Shown here: positions 1 to 12,468 of the stretch, in pieces
Position numbering within the stretch: the first letter of the stretch is position 1
Layout: every line of letters begins with the position of its first letter
Source of the DNA: Narcine bancroftii
Taxonomy: Eukaryota
Reading direction: 5' to 3'
Assembly (NCBI RefSeq): GCF_036971445.1
Contig: NC_091478.1
Span: 63,116,001 to 63,180,000, forward strand
Length of the DNA: 64,000 bases
Made by a program: the position numbers and the translations under genes
Notes under the pieces: generated by a model
Database searches by the model: none
The model's input: only the letters and a program-made list of their open reading frames with translations
Told to the model about the DNA's origin: nothing

Positions 1-129
1 GTTCACCCTTGCTTGACCTGAGGGAAACATATTTGGTCCCTGTGGAGATGTAGTCAGCATTCACAGGCTGTGTCCATTTTGGGCTGCATCAGGACTCAGC
101 ATTTCCTGCTCACTCCTCAGGCTCTAGGC

Positions 130-460
130 CTCTATTCACCCTCGACCCACCATCCCTCTACCTGATCAGTCCTTTACCCAACCTCTACTCACCCCTCACT
201 CCACTCGCTCTGCCTCTACCCACCCCATCCTATACATGCCCCTCTACTGCCTCTCCCCTCAACCTGTTACTCCCTCTACCCGTTTCTCACCCTCTAATCA
301 CCCCTCCCCTACTCGCCCTGCCCCTCCCCTTTTACCTCTTCCCTATCCACCCCTCCTTCTACTCATCCCTCCCTCTAACTGCCCCTCGCACCACCAAAAC
401 TTCCCCTGCCCATTACTCCTCACCTACACCCTCTGCCCACCCCTGCTTACCCACCCACTC
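130..460. repeat. C/T-rich low-complexity tract
   Basis: Degenerate CCCT/CTAC-rich sequence. It explains the Pro-rich pseudo-ORF 236..739. Confidence 0.7.
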
Positions 461-995
461 AGGCCCAGCGCGCTGCCGATCAGCCTTTGCGGACAGCCAC
501 CATCTCTCTCTTCACGTGCAGGGCCGAACCAGCCGACCCTGGGGTCCGCGCGGGTGCAAGCGCTGAAGGCCGTGGCCACCGGGAGAAGTGCGCTCGCGCT
601 GTGGAAGGGCCATCCAGTGCCAGTCGCGCGGGGCTCGCGCTGCCCGGGGGCCGTGCGCAGCCTGCCATGCCCGTCACGCCGACAGGAAATCACAGGCACT
701 CGCCCATCCGCCGCACCGCTCGACAGGTGGGAGAAGTGACTGGTTGTGCGGGGAGCCTTCCAACTGGCTTTCCGGCTGATGACATCGACAGACTTCTCAT
801 GTTACAATTTCTCGTGTTACAATGGGGAAGGATGTGCAATGAAGGGGGAGGATGGTGGGGGTGACATTACCAAAAAACAGCATCGGCTCTCGCTGCAGGG
901 CGGGCCACCTCTAATACATTTTTGAAATGATCTTGCGGGCCAAATATAATTATATCGCGGGCCAAATCCCGTGGGCCAGAGTTTGACATGTATGC
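460..995 (-). mobile_element. hAT/Charlie-like non-autonomous DNA transposon fragment abutting L1 ORF1
   Basis: Minus-strand terminus CATGTCAAACTCTGGCCC with repeated GGCCCGC subterminal motifs. The L1 ORF1 similarity ends at this junction. Confidence 0.5.
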
Positions 996-2232
996 TCTAT
1001 CATGATAGTTTAAACAACAAACCAGAACAGGTCTTGGATTCTGTCCTGAAAAAGGCTTTCTTCTCAAAGCTCTATGAGCACGTTCCAATATTAAGCCCTC
1101 CGGGAACTTATCTTGTCCTAACACTTGTGGAATCCATTCGGTAAAAAATTTTCTTGGATCTGGTCCTTCTATATCTTCTGGCAAACCAACAATTTTTACA
1201 TTATTCCGTCTAGACTGATTCTCCAAATAGTCAACCTTTTTCGCTAAATTTTTATTCTGGATTTGTAAAGTTTCAATTGTTTTATTTACATCTTGTATTT
1301 GATCTTGTACCTCAACTATACCTTGGTCACAAACATCAAGTCTTTCATTCATTTCAAGCTTAAAAGCTCCATAATCAACCATCTGTTGAGTATTAATATC
1401 CACCAAGGTATTAAGCTTAGTATTAACTTGAACCAAAAATTTAGCTATCTCTTTGATTGAAGAAGATAACTTAAATTCAAGATTCTTGATAAGCTTATCA
1501 ACTGGAATAGATTCAGACAAAATAGGATCCTGCTGTTTCTGAATAACCAGAGGGTTTTCTTTTCCTTCCTTTAATTTAACTGCTTTTCTTGCAATCTGAC
1601 TCCATGTAAAAAACCCTGCCACAACCTCCTCAGCAATATCAGAAGACTGGTATTCAGGGTTATCCTTAACCCATATTACATCAAAAGCCTTCATTACATC
1701 AAGGTCTGTTGAAGTCTTCATAATTGGTGGTGCATTTCACAGCGCCACCGCTACACCAATCGGTGGACGTCTCTTTAAAGTCGAGTCTTCAGCTGGCGGT
1801 GTCCCAGCTGTTTCAAGTGTCAAACGTTCAGTAACAGCGCTCATAGCGGGCGTTGATTGAAATACACGCGCCTGGCTAGCCCTTTGTTCCAAAGGCTGCC
1901 GGGCGCCATTTTTAAAGAGCCCTACCGGTACAGAGCGGAGCTCCTTTGCCGAATCCTGCACTTCTCCTCTTGGATCCATTCCATGCTAAGTCCTGGCTTC
2001 TTGTAAACAGGTAAGCTCAGATAACTTCGAAAAATGTAATTTCTTAGCGATCTGTTGCCGTTTTCTTTTACTTTTTTTCAGCAATTGTACCATTAGAAGC
2101 TAGTTTAACACCTCTAACTACTTATAAACTTTTTAAAAAGTTTCAACGGGCACTTATGGAGAAAACAATAACAAAGAGTCAGGAGAGGACTGGAAGGCAC
2201 GTCTGTTCCTTACGTCATCTTGCCATGCCCCC
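996..2232 (-). mobile_element. L1 LINE 5' portion (5'UTR + ORF1p)
   Basis: ORF 867..1721 has a coiled coil plus LENQSRRNNVKIVGLPE...ERAHRAL. The 5' end GGGGGCATGGCAAGATGACG resembles the L1 start at 21526. Confidence 0.85.
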
Positions 2233-2724
2233 AGGAAACTAGTATAGATATATGTGTAATAAATAAAGCCAGTATGAATAGGATAAGGATAGATAATAGA
2301 CAATAGAATGTAGGAAGTAAAGTTAGTTTGGATAAGATAAGGGTCTTCTAGACAGAATTAGCAAGTTCTGCATATAACCCTGAGAGTCGGGAAGGTGTGA
2401 ATTAGAACAAAGGCAGGTTTGTGAATAAGGACAATGACATGATGGGACACCGACCGGATACCCCCTGGTCCTTCAAGTTCACAGAAACAGCACGTAGGCA
2501 GACAGGATTGCCTCATGCCAAACTCATCCAGGAGGCAAAAGAATGTAAGGGGGAGGGTACTTCTATACTGAAATCAACTGTATAAAAGTTGGGTGAGCCC
2601 CAGTGTGTGTGTGTATTCCCAGGGTAAGGGGAAGCACCCCACTTTGCATTGTTCTATAATAAATGTTCTTTGTTCTCAATTTTTTTCTCGAGCAAATTCT
2701 GTGAAGGTACTTCTGTTTCTCACA
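2233..2724 (+). mobile_element. Probable solo LTR (5' end unclear)
   Basis: TATAAAA at 2581, AATAAA at ~2658 followed by a T-rich U5-like tract, ending in ...CTCACA. Confidence 0.5.
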
Positions 2725-5700
2725 GCCTCAATCTCGTCGTGCTATTGAAGTTAAACCTAAGGCTTCTGTAGTACCTCAGTGTGTGGATCCTCTAATCAGC
2801 TTGATCATTTGTCTAAACAAATGGAAACTTTAACTATGCAAATGAATCAGGCTTTTACTTCTATGAAAGAGCAATTTGGAACAAAGTCTATTGGTCTGTA
2901 AAGTGAAATGCTTACAATTAAAGCTGATGTTTCGAAGTGTGCAAGATCGGTTGATAAAATGCAGGTTAAATTTTGGCATTTGGAAGATGATTTTCCAGAT
3001 TTTCATCATGATGTGAATCAATGGAAAGAGATTGTTGGTAAAGATGGAGGATTCTTTTACTGATTTGTTTTAAAAAATGATGTGTTGGAAAAAGAGTCAC
3101 AGAAATAATGTCAAGATTGTACATCGACCTGAAAATTTTGAAGGTGTGGATCCAGTAAAGATTTTTCAAAATTGGATTCCTGACATTTTGGGAATGGAGT
3201 ATTTTCCTAATGGTTTGGAATTAGATAGAGCTTATAGAACTAATAGAAAGAAAGCTCTTCCGGGACGACCACCATACTCTATCTTCATTAGGTGTTTACA
3301 TTATCAAGATAAAGAAATGATTCTAAGGGTTGCTGTACCGAATGGGAGAAAATATCAGACTCCACTTTCTACGCAGACCTCAGTCAAACCATTATTAAAC
3401 GTCGTAAAGAGTTTAATCCTGCCAAAGCTGTCTTATGAAAGAAAGGATATAAATTTGCTTTTAGATATCCTGCCATACTTAAGGTTTCTTATAGAGTTTC
3501 AATCAGTTTTTTACTGATGAAGACAGTGCTCTATCGTTTGTGAATTCCCTGCCTGATAATAAACAGAAGGAAATTCAAGATACATCTTTTTATCAAACGA
3601 AGATGCTTCCCCAGAATAGTATTCGGAAATTAATTAATGCAAGATTAGCGATGATTAATTATAATTTTATACATCAGTTATATTTAACACCGGAGAAACT
3701 AAATAAGTTTGGCCTTAGTAAGTTGGATTGCTGTTTTCGTTGTGACCAGATGGCTAATACTTTTTTGTATACTGTCTGGCTTTGTGATCGATTGCAACAG
3801 TTTTGGAAAGGTATTCAATCTATACTTAATAGTTTATATAATATCTGTCTTGTATTAGATCCTGATATATTTTTATTAGGGAATATGCAATCACTAATTG
3901 ATTTAGGTTTAAAGGATTATCAGATTTCCTTTATCTATTTAGCTTTAGCTGTGGCCAAGAAATGTATAGCACTTACTTGGAAAGACAGAAATATATTAAC
4001 TTTAGATAGGTGGCATTTGGAGATGAAATCCTGTTTGACCATGGAAAGGAAATCTTTCTCAATTCAGGATAGGATGTCTTTTTATAGGTTAAAGTGGACT
4101 CCGTTTGTTAAATATATGCATTTAAGTTTGATTTAAATATGTTTTTAAGTGTAATATTTTAGTATTGATAACTTTTTTTTCTGTTAGTATCTTTACTTGT
4201 TATGTTTTATCTTTTTTTTGTTAAGTGGGCTTTTTTTTTCTTATATATAATATTGTTCACTTTATTAACTCTTCACTCTTTATTTTGGGGGGGGTTAGAC
4301 TAATTTTAAGTTAGGTTATTAATGTTGTGTAATAATTATTGATGGGGGGTTAGTTTATTTAGTTTACCGATGTGGTACTGTAATTTTATTATCTTATTTT
4401 TATTTTTCTTAAATGTAATCTTCTATTTTATTCATGTTATAAAATCTTAAATAAAGTTAACAAAAAAGCGAAGATGCTTCCAAAGGAGAAAAATAATAGT
4501 ACACAGAAAGTGGAATGTCAAGAATTAACTGAAATTGACATTGATGATGATAAAGTCAATCGAGACTTTCTGGCAGCTTATCATATTTGAATTTTTCTTG
4601 TATCCTGTTCTTTTGCTTTGATTGTTCTGCACGGGAGGGGTGGTTTGGTTTGCTTCTCCTTCCAAAGTTGTTGGCCATTGGGTGGCGTTGGTCACTTCCC
4701 GTAAGGTAGAAGGGAGTAATAATGCTTGCAGTATTTTTTTTCTTTCAGGGTTTTTTCTTCTTTTTTTTATTTATTAAGGGTTTCTTTCTTTCTGGTTTGG
4801 AGATGGACTGTATTTTGATATGTAGCATGGACTAGAGCTCCATCAAGGTGGGTTGTGGGAGTTCCATATTGTTATTAAATATATAGATGAATAATTTGAA
4901 TTTTGCAACATTTAATGTTAACAGGCCCAATAATCCAATTAAGAGGAAGAGTTTTTGGCTTATATAAAAAAGATGAAAGTAGATGGGTTTTTTTTAACAA
5001 GAGATTCATTTGACTAAGAAGGAACTTCAGAAGTTAAACAGAGGATTGGTTGGTTTTAATTCGAAGGCAAAAGAGGTTGCAATTTTGGTTAATAAGAATT
5101 TGTCTTTTAAATTAGAACCAGTTGTTAGTGATTCTGCTGGCAGATTTCTTGTTGTGAATTGTCAAATTTATTCAGAATTTTGGACTCTCATGAATATCTA
5201 TGCTCCAAATGTTAATGATGAGGAGTTTATTCAAAATTCTTTCTTTAATCTGACTCAATCTTATGAAAATGTAATGATTGGTGGAGGCTTTAAATGTTGT
5301 TTGGATCCTTTATTTGATACATCTCCAAAAACAGTTACTAGAACTAAAATGGCACAATGTATTTTGTTGTTAATGAAGGAAATTAATTTGATTGATATAT
5401 GGAGAAGACTTAATTCTAGGGAAAAGGATTATTAAAGAATGTAATTTTGTAACTTTATAAGAGATCAAATACAGCAACATTTGAAAATAAATATAGATTC
5501 AGTGAATCATGTTCATATTGTGGGGCTAAATTATTAGTTTTTCTACTAAAGTAATGAAGCAATATTTTAAGGAAGTTGATAAATCAGAAAAGGAAATAGA
5601 GATTTTAGAGAGACATATAGAGAAAGATACAATTAATAAATAAAAAATTGCACCATAATTCATTACAGACTTATAAAACGGAGAAATTAATTCAAAGAAC

Positions 5701-6426
5701 CAGACAAAAATATTATGAATTAGGAGAGAGAGCTCGCAAAGTATTGGCATGGCAATTAAAGACTGAACAAGCCTCTAGAACTATTAATGCTATCAGAGAA
5801 GATTCAAAATTACATATAAATCTCAGGAAATAAATTTTTGAATGAATTTTATATGAAGTTGCATGCATCTGAGTCTTTAAAAGATGAGAGTCAAATTAAT
5901 GACTTTTTTTTTAGCTCAAATTGAGTTGCCCTTTTTGAGTGTTGAGAAACTTGAGCCAATTGGATTCTTCATTTACATTTAGAGAAATTATGGATGCTCT
6001 TAAATCTATGACAAATGGGAAGTCTCCTGGTGAAGATGGATTTTAGAATAAATTTCAGAATTTATTAATGCCTCTTCTAATGGATGTATTGAAACAAGCT
6101 ATGGAAGTTCATTCTCTGACAGATTCTTTTTCTAATGCAGTTATATTGCTTGTTCTTCAGGATAGAGATTTGTTAAATCCTGAGTCTTATAGGCCTATTT
6201 CTTTATTAAATTTTGATTACAAAATTGTGATTAAGATTCTAGCAAATAGATTGGTGAATTACTTCCCTAATTTAATATATTTAGATCAAGCTGGATTTAT
6301 GAAGAACCAATATTCTGTAGATAATATTGCAAAATTAATAACTTTAATTAATATTTCTCAGAAGCAATCCAACTTACCAATTATTTTATCATTAGATGCT
6401 GAAAAGGCATTTAATAGATTGGAATG
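2725..6426 (+). mobile_element. Degraded L1 (ORF1, spacer, ORF2 EN and start of RT) that hosts nested insertions; resumes at 10759-11100
   Basis: ORF1 remnant 3077..3517, EN remnant 5010..5435 (NIYAPN) and RT remnant YRPISLLN...LSLDAEKAFNRLE. Continues after the duplicated AGATTGGAATG. Confidence 0.85.
3611..4468 (+). mobile_element. 5'-truncated L1 3' end with poly(A) and 13-bp TSD
   Basis: ORF2 C-terminal Cys-rich domain (CFRC...WLC), AATAAA + A tail, and CGAAGATGCTTCC at 3598-3610 and 4469-4481. Confidence 0.85.
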
Positions 6427-6681
6427 CCACATTGACCACCTCCAGTGGGCTGATATCGCCTCAAACCGTGCATCTTGGCATCTCACAGTTCGGCTGGCAG
6501 CAACCTCCTTTGAAGAAGATCGCAGAGCCCACCTCACTGACAAAAGACAAAGGAGGAAAAACCCAACACCCAACACCAACCAACCAATTTTCCCCTGCAA
6601 CCGCTGCAACCGTGTCTGCCTGTCCCACATCGGACTTGTCAGCCACAAACGAGCCTGCAGCTGACGTGGACATTTAAGGCT

Positions 6682-7602
6682 GTGTGTTGTCGGGAGTGCC
6701 GGATGTGGGAGGTCCTGGAGTCTTCCAGACTCCCGGATGTCCATATCTGCACTAGGTGTGTCGAGCTGCAGATTGTCAGGGACCGTGTTAGGGAACTAGA
6801 GCTGCAGCTCGATGACCTCAGGCTGGTTAGGGAAACAGAAGTAGTCATAGACAGGAGTTACAGCCAGGTGGTCACGCCAGGGCCACGGGAGGATGAAAGA
6901 TGGGTAACTGTTAGGAGAGGGACAAAAGAACGTAAGGTGCCAGAGACGAGCCCTGTGAATGTAACCCTCAGCAATAAGTACGCCTCTTTGAGCACTGTTG
7001 AGGGGGTCATCAAGGTTGGGGGGAGTGACAGTGGCTGTGCCTCCGGCACAAGGTCAGCCCCTGTAGCTCAGAAAGGGAGGGAAAGGAAGAGGAGGGCAAT
7101 TGTGGTAGGAGACTCCATAGTTAAGAGGACGGATAGGGGATTCTGCGGACGCAGCAAGGAGAACCGGATGGTGGTTTGCCTCCCTGGTGCCAGGGTCCGG
7201 GATGTTGCTGCTCGTGTCCTAGATATCCTAAAGTGGGAGGGACAGGAGCCAGAGGTTGTGGTACATGTAGGTACCAATGACATAGGGAGAATTAGAGAAG
7301 AGGTCCTAAAAAGTGAGTACAGGCAGTTAGGTAGGGAGTTAAAAAGAAGGACCGCAAAGGGGGTAATATCTGGATTACTCCCTGTGCCACGTGACAGTGT
7401 GAATAGAAATAGAATGAGGTGGAGGATTAACACGTGGCTGAAGGGGTGGAGTAAGGGGCAGGGTTTTAAGTTTCTGGATAACTGGGACTTTTTTTGGGGG
7501 AGATGTGACCTGTACAGTAAGGACGGGTTACACTTAAATCCCAGGGGGACCAGAATCCTGGCAGAGGTATTTGCTAGGGCTACTCAGGATCCTTTAAACT
7601 AG
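6682..7602 (+). CDS. CR1 ORF1p: zinc-finger/leucine-zipper region + SGNH/GDSL esterase
   Basis: CRECRM...CTRC, heptad Leu repeat, and the esterase blocks VGDSIV, HVGTND and DGLHL. Confidence 0.88.
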   Translation: MCCRECRMWEVLESSRLPDVHICTRCVELQIVRDRVRELELQLDDLRLVRETEVVIDRSYSQVVTPGPREDERWVTVRRGTKERKVPETSPVNVTLSNKYASLSTVEGVIKVGGSDSGCASGTRSAPVAQKGRERKRRAIVVGDSIVKRTDRGFCGRSKENRMVVCLPGARVRDVAARVLDILKWEGQEPEVVVHVGTNDIGRIREEVLKSEYRQLGRELKRRTAKGVISGLLPVPRDSVNRNRMRWRINTWLKGWSKGQGFKFLDNWDFFWGRCDLYSKDGLHLNPRGTRILAEVFARATQDPLN

Positions 7603-7663
7603 AATGGGTGGGGGGAGGGAACAAAATAGTACAGAGCAGTAAGGAGAAAAGGAGAAGGTTAGA

Positions 7664-10631
7664 ATGCAAACAAAGAAAGTTTGTAGTAAGTATTTGAATA
7701 TGGATGGGCAGGTGATAGAGAAGGGAAATGCTCTGGAAGAAGATGAAGGGCAATTGGCAGGAAAAGTAAATAATGTTGTTATTAAAAATGAGGGAAAACA
7801 GGGATTAAAAATTGGGAAATCTCTGAAATTCATATATTTTAATGCCAGGAGTATTGTAAAAAAGGTGGATGAGCTGAAGGTGTGGATTGATACTTGGAAG
7901 TATGATGTGGTAGCGATTAGTGAGACATGGTTGCAGGAGGGATGTGATTGGCAGCTGAATATCCCTGGGTTTCGTTGTTTTAGGTGTGATAGAGTCAGAG
8001 GGGCAAGAGGAGGTGGGGTTGCATTGCTTGTCAGGGAAAATATTACAGCGGTGCCTAGGAAGGATAGATTAGAGGGCACATCCACGGAGGCTATTTGGGT
8101 GGAACTGAGGAGTAGGAAAGGAGAGGTTACACTTGTAGGGGTGTATTATAGACCACCCCGAGGGGACCGAGACCTAGAGGAGCAAATCTGTAGGGAGATA
8201 GTAGATATTTGTGATAAGCACAGGGTTGTAATTATGGGAGATTTTAATTTTCCACATATAGATTGGGAAACACATTCTGTGAAAGGACTGGATGGGTTAG
8301 AGTTTGTGAAATGTGTGCAAGATAGTTTTTTACAACAATATGTAGAGGTGCCGACCAGAGAAGGAGCAGTGTTAGATCTACTGTTGGCAAATGGGATGGG
8401 TCAAGTGACGGAGGTTAGTGTTGGTGAGCACTTCGGGTCCAGTGATCATAATGCCATCAGCTTCAATGTCATTATGGAAAGAGAGAAATCAGGGCCAAGG
8501 ATTGAGGTTTTTGATTGGGGAAAAGCTAGATTTGAGGAGATGCGAAAGGACTTGCAGGGTGTGCATTGGGACAATTTGTTTTATGGGCAGGATGTAATAG
8601 AGAGATGGAAGTCTTTTAAAGATCAGATTTTGAGAGTGCAAAAGCTTTATGTTCCTGTTAGGTTAAAAGGAGGGGCAAAAGGTTTGAGAGAGCCGTGGTT
8701 TTCAAGGAATATTGGAAACTTGGTTCGAAGAAATAGGGAGGCGTACATTAGATATAAGAAGCATGGAGTTAAGGAGATGTTTGAAAGATACATTGAATGT
8801 AAGAGGAATCTTAAGAGAGGAATTAGGAAAGCTAAAAGAAGGTACGAGAAAACTATGGCAAGCAGGGTGAAAACTAATCCAAAAGAGTTCTACAAATATG
8901 TTAATGGTAAGAGGAAAGCTAGAGACAAAATTGGTCCCTTAGAAAATCAGAGCGGAAAACTGTGTGTGGATCCTAGAGAAATGGGGGAGATATTGAACAG
9001 TTTCTTTTCTTCGGTATTCACTAAGGAGAAGGATATTGGGAGATGTGAGATTAAAAAAAGCAAATTGGGTAAATATGGGGAATATAGAGATTACAAAAGG
9101 TGTAGTTTTAAGGCTTTTGAAGAATATAAAGGTGGATAAGTCTCCGGGACCAGACGGGATCTTCCCCAGGACATTGAGAAAAGTGAAGGAGGAAATAGCA
9201 GAGGCTCTGGCGGTAATTTTCCAAATGTCATTAGATATGGGGATAGTGCCGGAGGATTGGCGCATTGCGCATGTGGTTCCGTTATTTAAAAAGGGTTCAA
9301 GGAGGAAGCCTGGCAACTATCGGCCTGTAAGTTTGACGTCTGTGGTAGGTAAATTAATGGAGAAAATTCTTAGAGATAGTACTTATAAACATCTGGATAG
9401 ACAGGGTCTGATCAGGAGCACTCAACATGGATTTGTGGGAGGAAGGTCATGTTTGACCAATCTGATTGAATTTTTTGAAGAGGCGACTAGGAATGTGGAT
9501 GAGGGTAGCGCAGTGGATGTTGTCTATATGGACTTCAATAAGGCCTTCGATAAGGTACCACATGGAAGGTTAGTTAGGAAGGTGCAGTCTTTAGGTATAA
9601 ATTTTAAGATAGTCAAATGGATTGAACATTGGCTGAAAGGGAGAGGCCAGAGAGTGGTAGTGGATAATTGTCTGTCAGGTTGGAGGCCGGTGACCAGTGG
9701 TGTGCCTCAAGGATCTGTATTGGGCCCATTGTTGTTCGTTATATACATTAATGATCTAGATGATGGGGTGGTGAATTGGATTAGTAAATATGCAGACGAT
9801 ACTAAGATAGGTGGAATAGTGGATAATGAAGAAGGTTTTCAAGGATTGCAGAGGGATTTGGGCTGCTTAGAAAAGTGGGCTGAAAAATGGCAGATGGAAT
9901 TTAATGCTGATAAGTGTGAGGTGCTTCATTTTGGTAAGAAGAATCAGAATAGGACATACGTGGTAAATGGGAGAGCATTGAGGAATACAGAAGAGCAGAA
10001 AGATTTAGGAGTAACGGTACATCGTTCCCTGAAGGTAGAAACTCACGTGAATAGGGTGGTGAAGAAGGCTTTTAGTATGCTGGCCTTTATCAATCATTGC
10101 ATGGAATATAGGAGTTGGGAGGTGATGTTGACATTGTATAAGACGTTGGTGCGGCCTAATTTGGAGTTCTGTGTGCAGTTCTGGTCGCCTAATTATAGGA
10201 AGGATATAAACAGAGTGGAGAGAGTGCAGAGAAGGTTTACCAGAATGTTACCTGGGTTTAAGCATCTAGAGTATAGGGAGAGATTGGACAGATTAGGTCT
10301 TTATTCTTTGGAGCGTAGAAGGTTGAGAGGGGATTTGATAGAAGTATTTAAGATTATGAAAGGGATAAACAGAGTGGATGCGGATAGACTATTTCCGTTA
10401 AGAGGAGGAAAGATTAAAACAAGAGGACATGAGTTAAGAATTAAGGGGCAGAGGTTTAGAGGTAACATGAGGGGGAACTTCTTTACTCAGAGAGTGGTAG
10501 CCGTGTGGAATGATCTTCCGGGAGAAATAGTGGCGGCGGAGTCAATTGTATTATTTAAGAAAAGGTTGGACAGGTATATGGATGAGAAGAAGATGGAGGG
10601 TTATGGGCATTGTGCAGGGAGGTGGGACTAG
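7664..10631 (+). pseudogene. CR1 ORF2p (AP endonuclease + reverse transcriptase) with a single frameshift near 9035-9085
   Basis: 7664..9139 contains YFNARS, SETW, GDFN and SDHN. 9036..10631 contains KSPGPDG, NYRPVSLTS, GVPQGSVLGP and KYADD. Confidence 0.92.
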
Positions 10632-11102
10632 AAAGGGGTGTTTGGTTCGGTGCGGACTAAAAGGGCCTAATGGCCTGTTTCCGTGCTGTAATTGTTATGT
10701 TATGTTATGTTATGTTATGTTATAAATCTTCATCCGCGAAGCCAAGCCAAAGAAGAAGAGATTGGAATGGAATTTTTTATTTAAAGTTTAGTAAACATTT
10801 TGATATAAAGGTGCATTACCCGAGATTTTCCCTTGTATACCTATCTCATTATTCACCTACATCATAATCCAAATAAATGTCTCAAATATGGGGTTGAAAT
10901 GTTGAATTCCCTGGTGCCTGCTGTGATGGTGAGGTTTTGATCCATGGTGACTTGATGTATAATTTTGCTAAATGATTTTAATCTCCATTCTTTTTTTCCT
11001 ACTTTGGGGTTTATCAGGGGAGGGAGGAGGGTTGGATTTGTGGGGGGGGGGGAAGGTTTTTGTATTGTAATTTAAAATTTTAAATAAAGTATTCAAAAAA
11101 AT

Positions 11103-12468
11103 GTTTTTTGAATATTTTATTTAAGTTTTAAGAAAATACAGAATATAGGTCTCATTTAATATAATAACAATAATGCATTGAATATAACATCACAGAAAGA
11201 TATTCATATGGTCCAAAAAAAATATAAAGGAAAGGAGAGTCCCTCTTTTCCCAGTGCCTCCTCCTCAGATTTGAAAGAAAAGGAGACAGATAGCAGGGAA
11301 TAGAGGGAGATAAAAAGAAAGAAAATAGAAAAGAAAAAGCAACAGGAGCAAGTTTCAACATCTCAGAGTCACATCATTTAAAAAATATTAAATTTGTAAT
11401 AAAGAGAATACTAATTAATAAATATCAAAATAAATTATACAATCTGGGCATTTAAATAACCCAAATAAGGTTGCCAAATTTTGACACACATACCATATCT
11501 ATTCATAAGATTATGAGTAATCTTCTCAAAGGAATACAACTTTGTACATCCATGTTCCAAAGATCATTGTGAAGTAGGGAATAGAATTTCCATGTTACCA
11601 CTACACATTTCCTGGTTATTGACAACGCAATTTAAATAAATTTAGATTTACTTGTGGAGAAGTTAACTTCTATAACTGCCAAATTCCTTAGAAGAAACAA
11701 TTCTGGGTCTAGAGTGAAGTTCACCTCCACAATTTTTGTCAGCATTTTCACCAATTCTTTCCAAAAGGGTCTTAATTTCATGCATAACCAGGTGGAATGT
11801 AAAAAGGTACCAACATCTATACCATCACACCTAAAACACCTATCAGAAAATTGTAGTTTATTATTATGTATCTTTTGAGGTGTGAGATGTAATTGGTACA
11901 GAATATTATAATCAATTAGTCTACTTCTAGAATTAATTAAGGTGGTCATACTATCTACACATAGCATTGTGTATCGATTACAATGCCAAAATCCGATTCC
12001 CATCTCTCCCTCGATCTATATAGTCCAGATTTTGGCCTTTGATCTTGGATCAGAGTAAATATATTGGAGATGAATTTGGTTGCATTCCCATTTCGTATTA
12101 GAATTTCCATGACTGAGCACATTGGTCAAACCATTAATAATCCCTACATTTCCTTCAAAAAAGATCACAGTTGGAAATAGCAGAAGAATGTGTTGTTAGA
12201 TAAATTATATTTATTTTTAAGTCCCCTCAAAAGGCATAAATTTACTCTGTTGGTTATAACAATCTTCAGTGTACCTGATATTATTTTGGTACCAGGCAGC
12301 CAAGATTCTATTTCCGAAAGTCATGGGTATTAAACTCTTTTGAGATAGAGGTGTCCTTGAGGATAATTGCACTTTTATTCCCACAAATTGTTTAATTTTA
12401 TCCCAAATATAAATATAAATGACATATCAGTTTTGTGGAAGAAAGGTTATAAGTTTGCTTTCAGATAT
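11103..12468 (-). mobile_element. L1 ORF2 3' fragment
   Basis: ORF 11632..12003 (DRCFRC...GTFLHSTWLC), with a poly(T) on + at 11104. Confidence 0.8.

Larger units (their letters stand above)
6676..10721 (+). mobile_element. Near-intact CR1 LINE
   Basis: ORF1 (Cys pairs, zipper, SGNH esterase), ORF2 with APE and RT, and a 3' (TATGT)n tail. Confidence 0.95.
6427..10758 (+). mobile_element. 5'-truncated RTE-clade LINE split by a CR1 insertion
   Basis: C-terminus FPCNRCNRVCLSHIGLVSHKRAC at ~6590-6664, 3' tail ...GCCAAAGAAGAAG at 10722-10758, and TSD AGATTGGAATG at 6416-6426 and 10759-10769. An uninterrupted copy lies at 62348-62531. Confidence 0.8.

Noticed and set aside
236-864. Pro-rich and GC-rich overlapping ORFs
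   Set aside because: They arise from low-complexity sequence and a DNA-transposon fragment. No recognisable domain or splice structure.
6068-6664. ORF appearing to be an RT-zinc-finger fusion protein
   Set aside because: Chance in-frame junction between an L1 RT and an inserted RTE 3' end at the TSD.
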